From Pseudomonadota bacterium (lineage in GTDB: Bacteria > UBA10199 > 2-02-FULL-44-16 > JAAZCA01), in NCBI GenBank assembly GCA_043822785.1, contig JBDRBN010000024.1, forward strand, positions 1 to 39,719: 39,719 nt of DNA, in the 5' to 3' direction. A program made the position numbers and the translations under genes. Every line of letters begins with the position of its first letter. Position 1 is the first letter of the stretch. This document shows, in pieces, positions 1 through 6,715 of the stretch. The notes under the pieces were generated by a model that was given only the letters and a program-made list of their open reading frames with translations, was not told where the DNA came from and ran no database searches.

Positions 1-137
1 AAGCGAAGCAATCCCCTTATAACCTGTGTTTGCGGGAGATTGCTTCGTCGCTAAACGCTCCTCGCAATGACACCTAGACATGAGAAAAATGAATTCTTAT
101 ATTTCAACCAGTTAACACCTCTAACGCGACAGCAGTG
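1..137. mobile_element. Partial MITE copy (cut by the window edge), inverted relative to the copy at 11781-11968
   Basis: 1-137 is nearly the reverse complement of 11781-11917. It ends in the TIR variant tctaacgcgacagcagtg (120-137). Confidence 0.8.
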
Positions 138-200
138 CAATATCCAATTTCGTAGTTTAACTGTTCAGATAGAAAGGCGAAATTAGAAATTAGATATTGG
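138..200. repeat. Inverted heptamer repeat tract
   Basis: caatatc-caatttc ... gaaatta-gaaatta-gatattg; similar to 9476-9562. Confidence 0.55.
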
Positions 201-306
201 ACGAAACTTCAGGGGTTCTAATTGCCGATAATATAATGATCGGGATAAGTGTTGTCCTTTTTGGAATTTGGGCCTATAATTTAAGCAAAAGTGGAGGAAA
301 ATCAAT

Positions 307-1539
307 ATGTTCGCAGGTGGCACAACGGGCAGCGAGACTCCGGTTGGTCAGCAGACCACGGTTGAGCAGTCCATGGATCGGTGGGTGCAACTCGTGGAGC
401 AGAAAGCTCCTTTTGAAGACATCCAAAAGGCAGAGCAGGAAGTTGCAGAGGCCATGCGCAGGCAGCCTTTTGAGATGAGGCAGAAGCTGCCCTTCTTTCT
501 GGATCGCTTAAAGAAGCTGAGTGTTCACGCAAGGACAGTGTTTCAGCACTTCAGACTTCCTGGGCGTGAAAGGGTGGTGCATGATAGACGCGAGCAATTC
601 GAAGGAAAGCCCGAGAAAGCTGCCAAAGAAGTATCAAAAGAAGCAGCAAAGGAAGCTGCAAAAAAAGAAGGGGGCGAGGAAGCAAAGAAGCTCGCTACAT
701 TTGAGCTTAAGGAAGGAAAGCTAATAAAAGAAAGGGGCGTTACTAGTGCTGGCGTTCGTGCAACAGATGTGAGGGCAGCAGAAAAACGCGTGGATGAGAT
801 GCTTTCCAAGTTTGAAAAGATGATCGTAGCGCGGTTTGAGAAGGGCGTGCAAATCGCCCAGCAAACTAAAGACGGCAAACCAATCTTCAATCCCAAGACC
901 GATGCGGAGTGGAAGCAGTTTTTCCAAAACTTTATGCATCGAGCTGTTCCGAAGAAGGCGCTTCTAGATGATATTGCGCAGTTCTTCATGCGCGGCGTGA
1001 TGGCTAAAGGCGGTAAAGGAATATTCATAGGCGATATGGCTTTAAATAGCGGTCGTGTGGAAAAGTTTGTTCGCTTTTCCATACTTGCTGAGGCGCTGGC
1101 AAAGTTCAGAGCCATGATGCCTGGCTCAGCAGTATCTAAAGCTATGCTCGGAAAACTTTCTGGAGAGGAGCTCATGTACCTTGCGCTTGCAGCGTCGCGC
1201 AGGGAATTTGCAACATCCATGCGTCCAACTCAGGGCAAGTTCGCTGGCGCGCGCGCAGAGGCGCAGGCAGCGGCAGCTTTGGGCATACCGCTTCAGACAC
1301 AGTTAGAGAAAAAAGCCAGGCATCTTCGCGGAAGACATGCTGGTGCTGGATTTGGTTGGTATGAAAAGGATAGGGAGCCTGAAGAGATGCCTTATCAATT
1401 CGTGCCATGGTGGAGTTGGGGCAATCTCAATAATCCTGGTCCTACGCGCTGGGTCACGCGTGCATTCTATGGTGCGCTCCTAATCATATCTCTCATCGGC
1501 ATCGCGGTGCTAACCATAAGACTGCTTGGTGGGGGATGA
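307..1539 (+). CDS. Hypothetical protein with a C-terminal transmembrane helix
   Basis: 410-aa ORF with a GGAGG RBS, a KEAA-rich linker and a hydrophobic C-terminus (AFYGALLIISLIGIAVLTI). GCCGATAA (sigma28-like -10) lies at 224-231. Confidence 0.8.
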   Translation: MFAGGTTGSETPVGQQTTVEQSMDRWVQLVEQKAPFEDIQKAEQEVAEAMRRQPFEMRQKLPFFLDRLKKLSVHARTVFQHFRLPGRERVVHDRREQFEGKPEKAAKEVSKEAAKEAAKKEGGEEAKKLATFELKEGKLIKERGVTSAGVRATDVRAAEKRVDEMLSKFEKMIVARFEKGVQIAQQTKDGKPIFNPKTDAEWKQFFQNFMHRAVPKKALLDDIAQFFMRGVMAKGGKGIFIGDMALNSGRVEKFVRFSILAEALAKFRAMMPGSAVSKAMLGKLSGEELMYLALAASRREFATSMRPTQGKFAGARAEAQAAAALGIPLQTQLEKKARHLRGRHAGAGFGWYEKDREPEEMPYQFVPWWSWGNLNNPGPTRWVTRAFYGALLIISLIGIAVLTIRLLGGG

Positions 1540-1542
1540 TCA

Positions 1543-3465
1543 CTAGTCCCAAACAATTATTCTTCGTCTTGTCAGATCGGCTAATGCATTGAGAAGGCGT
1601 GTTTTTTGGTGTTGGCGATTTGACTGGGGAATCTTCTCTAAAAGAGGATTGAAAATTTCATCCAGCGAGTTTTTGCCATCAGCATGTGTCAATATGTGTG
1701 CAATAGCTAAAGGGATGCGCATTTGTTTTATAGTCTTTGGTGTTCGTTGTATAAGCAAGAAATGTGGATCTGACTTTGCTTTAGACAAAACAGGTCTCTC
1801 TTTTATCAACGCCATTGGATCGGTCTTAAGTGCTAGCAAGCGAACTGAGGTCGACAGTAGAGGCATGCTCCCTTTGGAAGGCGGCCACGTTCCTTCCTCG
1901 CCTTCCACCGAGTCCACGGGTTTGGAGTTGATAAGCCCTGTGTTGAATTGCCATGCAAGCAGATCCAAAAGCGCCTCGGGCATTTGTTTAAAGCCGGCTG
2001 TGTTGAATTCGTGTTCAAAAAAGGACTTAACTGCGAAAGTAACTTCATCAATACCCAAGCGGCTCTTCCATACTTTCAACTCTTCGTCAGAAACTGCCTG
2101 TTTGCGCCAACTGCCAGCAAGGAAGGTTTCTAGTAACTGGGATGGCTTTCTTTCGAGCTCTTTAGATAAGAGCTGAAATGCACCGGAATGGAGTGAAAAG
2201 GTACTCATAATATCGTTGGCTGTTGCCAAACGTTGTGCCCTATGCATCTCGTCTTTTGGAAATGTTGCACAACTCTCAATCGTATACGGGGGCTCAGGCA
2301 AGAAATTAAGGCCAAGGCGGTCTGCTTGTTGCTCAAACCTTGTGCCGGGCAATATCAGTAGGGGATAGATAAGAACTAGATTGGGCATCAGCGTGTATGC
2401 TTCGTCGATGGTGTTCTTGAAGTTTTCGTAGTTATCTCCTGGAAGGCCGCAGATAAGATCTATGTTGAAATTGATTTCGTATTCGCGAAGAATTTCGATG
2501 CGCTCTTGAAAGACTTTAGGCCTGTAGCGCCTACCGATGATTTTTAATGCTTCAGGAGTTGTAGTCTGCAATCCAATGCCAAGATGTCCTGAAAGCTTTT
2601 CAGCCAACAGTTCGATATCGACCCTATCCATTTCCTCGATATTGATCTCAAGACCGTCAAAGGAGAGCTCTGGATATTGACGGGCATATTCCATGACAGC
2701 TCGAAAACGCTCTTTGTCTTGATTGAAACCAGCATCCACAAAAGAGATGAAGCGTCCACCCTGCTCAGCTATGGCATCGATGGCCTCATATATTGTCGAC
2801 AAAGAGCGAGTGCGCCATCCGTACATTTGAGACCAAAAGGCGCAATAAGCACACCGATACTTGCATCCTCGGGATGTTTCCATATGAAGCCACGTGCCGT
2901 GTCGTTTGCGGAAACCATCATCATTTAAGACAAGCGGGATTTTGTCCATATCCACAGGATTAGGATGAGGATTTGAGATGATGTTATCACCTGATTTACA
3001 CAATAATCCTGGCGTGTGCTGCCACTTACCCTCATCCAAACCCGCAAGTCTTCGTAGAAACAATCGAAAGATTTCCTCTCCTTCGCCGTGAGCAATGCCG
3101 GATATGAAAGGATGACGGTCGAGGAGGCGTTTGGCCCTTGGCCCTACATCAGGTCCTCCTAGGATGATCTTGAGCTGTGGTATGTGCGCGAGCAATTTCT
3201 GTGCAATGCGGATCAGCCTGTTTGTGCTCCAAAGATAACATGAAAGGCCAATGACGTCTGGCTTTAGGGCAATGAGGCGAGCCAGGACTTCATCGTCAGG
3301 CGTTGTTAGGAGTTCATCATAAACTTTTACTGATATTTTTTTGCGCAGCTCATCATCAGTTAGGCAATAGAGTTTGAGATTGTACACTGCCAGACATGGT
3401 GGAAGTTGTTCTTCCACATCCAGCGACATTCCCAATAGTGCAACCCTAATCTGTGGTGAGCTCAT
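1543..3465 (-). CDS. Cobalamin-dependent (class B-like) radical SAM enzyme with a C-terminal PqqD/RRE-like domain
   Basis: B12-binding domain motifs (PDVIGLSCY, ILGGPDV, GEGE), TSRGCKYRCAYC (CxxxCxxC), DLICGLPGD, ILPGT. C-terminal ILTHADGKNSLDEI...LADLTRRRII. GGAG RBS 7 nt upstream. Confidence 0.9.
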   Translation of the reverse strand: MSSPQIRVALLGMSLDVEEQLPPCLAVYNLKLYCLTDDELRKKISVKVYDELLTTPDDEVLARLIALKPDVIGLSCYLWSTNRLIRIAQKLLAHIPQLKIILGGPDVGPRAKRLLDRHPFISGIAHGEGEEIFRLFLRRLAGLDEGKWQHTPGLLCKSGDNIISNPHPNPVDMDKIPLVLNDDGFRKRHGTWLHMETSRGCKYRCAYCAFWSQMYGWRTRSLSTIYEAIDAIAEQGGRFISFVDAGFNQDKERFRAVMEYARQYPELSFDGLEINIEEMDRVDIELLAEKLSGHLGIGLQTTTPEALKIIGRRYRPKVFQERIEILREYEINFNIDLICGLPGDNYENFKNTIDEAYTLMPNLVLIYPLLILPGTRFEQQADRLGLNFLPEPPYTIESCATFPKDEMHRAQRLATANDIMSTFSLHSGAFQLLSKELERKPSQLLETFLAGSWRKQAVSDEELKVWKSRLGIDEVTFAVKSFFEHEFNTAGFKQMPEALLDLLAWQFNTGLINSKPVDSVEGEEGTWPPSKGSMPLLSTSVRLLALKTDPMALIKERPVLSKAKSDPHFLLIQRTPKTIKQMRIPLAIAHILTHADGKNSLDEIFNPLLEKIPQSNRQHQKTRLLNALADLTRRRIIVWD

Positions 3466-3479
3466 CGTTTAACTCCATG

Positions 3480-3508
3480 AAAAAGGCCCCGCACAATGCG
3501 GGGCCTTT
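3480..3508 (-). terminator. Intrinsic terminator/hairpin between precursor peptide A and the radical SAM gene
   Basis: Minus strand reads aaaGGCCCCGCA-ttg-TGCGGGGCC-TTTTT. Confidence 0.8.
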
Positions 3509-3526
3509 AAGACTCTTCTTTATAAC

Positions 3527-3667
3527 TTACTCAATTGGCTCTTTTACTGAATGGGTTGATTGCGGAGGCACGGGGGAAAGCGCTTTTTCGCTAAAATCCA
3601 CGATCTCCAGATCCATAAGTTCCTCAGCGGTTAACCTTTCGAGTAGCTCTTTTTCCCTGTTTTTCAT
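3527..3667 (-). CDS. Putative RiPP precursor peptide A, 46 aa: MKNREKELLERLTAEELMDLEIVDFSEKALSPVPPQSTHSVKEPIE
   Basis: Hand-translated; not in the ORF track. AGGAGG lies 6 nt upstream of the ATG. 27 of the first 30 aa are identical to 4190-4324. Confidence 0.85.
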   Translation of the reverse strand: MKNREKELLERLTAEELMDLEIVDFSEKALSPVPPQSTHSVKEPIE

Positions 3668-3752
3668 CGTATGCCTCCTTTCAGGAGTGTGGTTTATGCT
3701 TTTATATCTTTATATCTTGCCGACAAACTGATCCTTTCCGAACGACCTGGTA

Positions 3753-4037
3753 TTATTGCCTAAAAAGCACTAACAGACCTTTGATCATGCGAGAAATGGT
3801 CGAGGTCTCTTTGTTAGTTTTGACCTGCGCTGCGGCAGGTGTGGCTTTTACAACTGTATATACCCTTTGTGTTATATGCGCTAAGCCGTCACCTATCTTG
3901 ATGTAAGAATCTTCTACAAGGTGTTCTTTCCCTGTCTGTCTTGTAAGTTGGGTTGCACAGGTGCGAGCTTTTTTCGCTCCATCAGTTAGAAGAGTTGATG
4001 TATACATTGCCCCTACTCTGCAATTATTATCTCCCAT
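3753..4037 (-). CDS. Hypothetical protein (94 aa)
   Basis: ORF with a purine-rich RBS (GGAGAGGG) and an upstream GCAACT-N14-GCGATAA motif. Confidence 0.6.
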   Translation of the reverse strand: MGDNNCRVGAMYTSTLLTDGAKKARTCATQLTRQTGKEHLVEDSYIKIGDGLAHITQRVYTVVKATPAAAQVKTNKETSTISRMIKGLLVLFRQ

Positions 4038-4079
4038 TTTTCCCTCTCCTCCCCTTTGAAGTTTCGCTTTATGTTTTTC

Positions 4080-4106
4080 TTATCGCAGTATTGTCTGAAA
4101 AGTTGC
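4080..4106 (-). promoter_or_regulatory. GCAACT-N14-GCGATAA promoter-like motif, copy 1
   Basis: Minus strand GCAACT tttcagacaatact GCGATAA; four copies in the window have identical spacing. Confidence 0.65.
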
Positions 4107-4189
4107 GCACTTTCTTTATTGTGAGCTAGCTTCAATACATCTAAACTCCTCTTTCCTTAAAGCGGAAAAAACATAGAACTACAGCCAAT

Positions 4190-4324
4190 TCAATCTAGAT
4201 TGATAATAGCTGACTGAGGAGGCAAGTGTGCTGTCAGGGCCTTCTCGCTAAACTCCACAATCTCCAGATCCATAAGTTCTTCAGCGGTTAGCTTTTCGAG
4301 TAGCTCTTTTTCCCTGTTTTGCAT
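4190..4324 (-). CDS. Putative RiPP precursor peptide B, 44 aa: MQNREKELLEKLTAEELMDLEIVEFSEKALTAHLPPQSAIINLD
   Basis: The true start is probably 4324, with AGGAGG 6 nt upstream. The track's 4393 start lies inside a terminator hairpin. Paralog of 3527-3667. Confidence 0.85.
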   Translation of the reverse strand: MQNREKELLEKLTAEELMDLEIVEFSEKALTAHLPPQSAIINLD

Positions 4325-4377
4325 TGTGTGCCTCCTTTTTGGAATGTGGTTAATGCCACCCTCTGTTTTTTTCTTAT

Positions 4378-4404
4378 AAAAAAGGCCCCGCATTTGCGGG
4401 GCCT
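4378..4404 (-). terminator. Intrinsic terminator (cassette 1)
   Basis: Minus strand AGGCCCCGCAAATGCGGGGCCT followed by a T run. Confidence 0.85.
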
Positions 4405-4427
4405 CCGTAATGCGTTTGAAATTTATG

Positions 4428-4538
4428 TTAGGTAGTAAACACCATAATAGGTTTAAAATTTGGGTGCACTCGCAGCACCATACAGCCTGGCTTTTTAATG
4501 CGCCAGTCGATGAGTTGTTTGTTTAGCTGTTTCTTCAT
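4428..4538 (-). CDS. Putative leader peptide 1, 36 aa: MKKQLNKQLIDWRIKKPGCMVLRVHPNFKPIMVFTT
   Basis: Hand-translated ORF between a sigma70-like promoter and a terminator. Stop position and FT-x-stop ending are conserved in three cassettes. Confidence 0.6.
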   Translation of the reverse strand: MKKQLNKQLIDWRIKKPGCMVLRVHPNFKPIMVFTT

Positions 4539-4547
4539 GAAGTTTTT

Positions 4548-4577
4548 ACTCTATATGCATCGCGTCAAAGATGTCAA
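4548..4577 (-). promoter_or_regulatory. sigma70-type promoter (TTGACA-N18-TAGAGT)
   Basis: Perfect -35. The spacer ctttgacgcg..gcata is shared with 6664-6693. Confidence 0.65.
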
Positions 4578-4584
4578 ATGTTTT

Positions 4585-5442
4585 TTAATTTATTTCGTTC
4601 ATGTACATAAAAAGGGATGCTTCTATGTATCGCATGACAGTGAGCGTCTCGTCGTCTCTGCTGAGCCATCCCGTATGTCCTATAGCGCGTTTTACACCTT
4701 CAAAAATTGTTAGAGGCGGCATGACAAAGGTGCTTGCCGGGATACCGACCATCTTTCCGTTGTTTTGTTCTTTTATCCACTCGGGGTCAAAATCTATGGA
4801 TGTAGCTGTTCTCTTCGATGCTCCCCTTTGCGCAAAAGCCTGCATGAGATAGGAAGAACCAAGATCAAATAGCACCAGCACATTTCCCATTCTAGGGCCG
4901 AATAAGCTTGCATGTCTCTCGTTGAGGATCTCGAATAAGCCACAATTATTTGAGTCAAAGAAATACACCTTAAACGCAGGATCTCCAAGGCGCGTGTATT
5001 TTAATTCGATGTCCCCTTGCGTAGCAAGGATGCCGCCCTTTTCTAAATAATCAGTAGCACAGCCGCCATGTAGGTTGTAATGAAAACCTAACCGATGAAC
5101 TCCCAAACTAAACATCATTCTATTGAGGATGATATTGCCTACGTAATTGAGATATGAATGTCTATCTGCTTCAGATTCATATCCTCTGAGATGATCTAGT
5201 TCGGCATCTATGTGCTCTCTTACAAACTTCCATGCACCATGCGCTGCAGGTGCGTTCGCATATCTTTGGGATTTCTGAAAAGATAAAGAGCGAACACATC
5301 TGTCAAACCAAGAAAAGTATGGCGGAGGGGCCAGCGTTGCCGGTGGAAAAAAGGTTTCCGCTACTGCAGAAGGCAGCGTTGCTGGCAAATAAAGGGGTGG
5401 TGCCAGTGGCACTGCAGAAGCTGGAGAATAACTAGTAGTCAT
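4585..5442 (-). CDS. Hypothetical protein (285 aa), Pro-rich N-terminus, possible ADP-ribosyltransferase-like fold
   Basis: Long ORF; GFHYN...YLEKGGILAT...VYFF...VLVLFDL pattern. Confidence 0.75.
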   Translation of the reverse strand: MTTSYSPASAVPLAPPLYLPATLPSAVAETFFPPATLAPPPYFSWFDRCVRSLSFQKSQRYANAPAAHGAWKFVREHIDAELDHLRGYESEADRHSYLNYVGNIILNRMMFSLGVHRLGFHYNLHGGCATDYLEKGGILATQGDIELKYTRLGDPAFKVYFFDSNNCGLFEILNERHASLFGPRMGNVLVLFDLGSSYLMQAFAQRGASKRTATSIDFDPEWIKEQNNGKMVGIPASTFVMPPLTIFEGVKRAIGHTGWLSRDDETLTVMRYIEASLFMYMNEIN

Positions 5443-5496
5443 ATCCTTTAAGGTCCTTATAGTCTTAATTTTACTATGTGCTGTGCTCTGTCCTTG

Positions 5497-5523
5497 TTAT
5501 CGCGGTATTATCTAAAAAGTTGC
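5497..5523 (-). promoter_or_regulatory. GCAACT-N14-GCGATAA promoter-like motif, copy 2
   Basis: Minus strand GCAACT ttttagataatacc GCGATAA. Confidence 0.65.
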
Positions 5524-5558
5524 GCTAGTTTTTTCTTCCTCTTAGATCAGAGTTATTC

Positions 5559-6203
5559 CTAATCAGCAGGTCCTGATGAAGCGCCTCGACTGCTGCCGAC
5601 AGGGGCAGGGAATTCGAGGTCTAGTCCTTTTAGCCCCGTACCTTCCACCCGAGCTGCGTGGTCGCAAGGAGAGCTTTTTCTTGCAGCAGCAGTTGCGTTA
5701 GCCACCACTGAAGCATGTGATTGTGCAACCCAACGCGAACCACTTTTTTTGACCCAGTTAACAACTCGACTCACGCCCACAACACCAGCAAACACTGCCA
5801 GGCTAGCCAAAAGAACATATGGGACGAGTTCGGGATTAGCGCTCAATACTTTTGCATCTATATCAGCATCAGCGCTCCTCATCATGCGAGGCTCAGCCAA
5901 AGCGCTGGCAGGCCAGGCTAGCGTCGCTGCTGAGAGACCTGCAGCCACTGCCAGTTTTGCTGGTAGAGCAGAGGAGGAGGCATTCGCGCTTAGAGAAGCA
6001 CGGCTACGCCACAGTGCGGGGGTGGTTGGATAGTTGCCACACTTGGAGCCCCCATATGTGAAGCTACCCACACATGAACCCCAACCGGTCATGGATGAGG
6101 GCGCTGCCACACCGTTTGTACACGCGCCGGTTGCAGCTATTATCGTGGCAGGAAATGCTGCTAATAAACCCTGTGTTGCTAATAAACTCTGTGTTGCTAA
6201 CAT
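5559..6203 (-). CDS. Hypothetical Ala/Ser/Gly-rich membrane protein (214 aa)
   Basis: Start moved to 6203 because AAGGAG lies 6 nt upstream. Hydrophobic segment LVPYVLLASLAVFAGVVGV. Confidence 0.65.
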   Translation of the reverse strand: MLATQSLLATQGLLAAFPATIIAATGACTNGVAAPSSMTGWGSCVGSFTYGGSKCGNYPTTPALWRSRASLSANASSSALPAKLAVAAGLSAATLAWPASALAEPRMMRSADADIDAKVLSANPELVPYVLLASLAVFAGVVGVSRVVNWVKKSGSRWVAQSHASVVANATAAARKSSPCDHAARVEGTGLKGLDLEFPAPVGSSRGASSGPAD

Positions 6204-6245
6204 TGTGATCTCCTTATCTGGGATAAACATTATCCAATATATTTT

Positions 6246-6273
6246 AAAAAAAGGCCCCGCATTGCGGGGCCTT
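6246..6273 (-). terminator. Intrinsic terminator (cassette 2)
   Basis: Minus strand AAGGCCCCGCAATGCGGGGCCTTTTTTT. Confidence 0.85.
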
Positions 6274-6295
6274 CCGAATGCGTTTGAAATCTATG

Positions 6296-6412
6296 TCAGG
6301 TAGTAAATGGCAGCACGTTCACGTAAATAAAAATAGGTAGACGTAGCGAATGCATAGGCAGTATGTCCGCGCTTTTTAATATTTTTGATGTAATGGTAAC
6401 CTGATAATTCAT
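6296..6412 (-). CDS. Putative leader peptide 2, 38 aa: MNYQVTITSKILKSADILPMHSLRLPIFIYVNVLPFTT
   Basis: Hand-translated; ends TTT ACT ACC stop, as in cassette 1. Confidence 0.55.
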   Translation of the reverse strand: MNYQVTITSKILKSADILPMHSLRLPIFIYVNVLPFTT

Positions 6413-6458
6413 TTGTTTTCTTTCTAGTTTAGAAGATCAATTCGCTTTGTTATTTTCC

Positions 6459-6485
6459 TTATCGCAGTATCTTTGAAAAAGTTGC
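6459..6485 (-). promoter_or_regulatory. GCAACT-N14-GCGATAA promoter-like motif, copy 3
   Basis: Minus strand GCAACT ttttcaaagatact GCGATAA. Confidence 0.65.
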
Positions 6486-6503
6486 GTACTTTTTTTATTA
6501 ATT

Positions 6504-6529
6504 AAAAAGGCCCCGCATTGCGGGGCCTT
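6504..6529 (-). terminator. Intrinsic terminator (cassette 3)
   Basis: Minus strand AAGGCCCCGCAATGCGGGGCCTTTTT. Confidence 0.85.
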
Positions 6530-6552
6530 CCAAATGCGTCTAAATATCTATG

Positions 6553-6648
6553 TTAGGGGGTAAAAATAGGCAGACAAGGCAGATGCAAGGATAGCAACAT
6601 GCCCCTGGACTTTTCATTCACCAATATATTTTGCCATGCTTTTTTCAT
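6553..6648 (-). CDS. Putative leader peptide 3, 31 aa: MKKAWQNILVNEKSRGMLLSLHLPCLPIFTP
   Basis: Hand-translated ORF between a promoter and a terminator; ends PIFTP-stop. Confidence 0.6.
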   Translation of the reverse strand: MKKAWQNILVNEKSRGMLLSLHLPCLPIFTP

Positions 6649-6663
6649 AATTTATTAAATATC

Positions 6664-6693
6664 ATCTTATATGCGACGCGTCAAAGTTGTCAA
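6664..6693 (-). promoter_or_regulatory. sigma70-type promoter (TTGACA-N18-TAAGAT)
   Basis: Near-duplicate of 4548-4577. Confidence 0.65.
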
Positions 6694-6715
6694 ATATATT
6701 TTAGCTATTGAGAAC

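Noticed and set aside
203..231. Fifth copy of the GCAACT-N14-GCGATAA motif
   Set aside because: GCCGATAA is present, but the upstream box (GAAACT) and spacing differ; possibly a related sigma28-like promoter only.
543..1220. Long antisense ORFs (also 26061-26858, 38498-39055 and others)
   Set aside because: They are shadows of well-supported genes on the opposite strand.
3453..3731. Plus-strand 92-aa ORF
   Set aside because: It is the antisense shadow of precursor A and crosses a terminator.
4325..4393. N-terminal extension of the track's 67-aa ORF
   Set aside because: The start lies within the terminator hairpin. The RBS and the paralog support 4324.
3480..6529. Repeated GGCCCCGC hairpins as a CRISPR array
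   Set aside because: Spacing is irregular (hundreds to thousands of nt), poly-T tails indicate terminators, and no cas genes are present.
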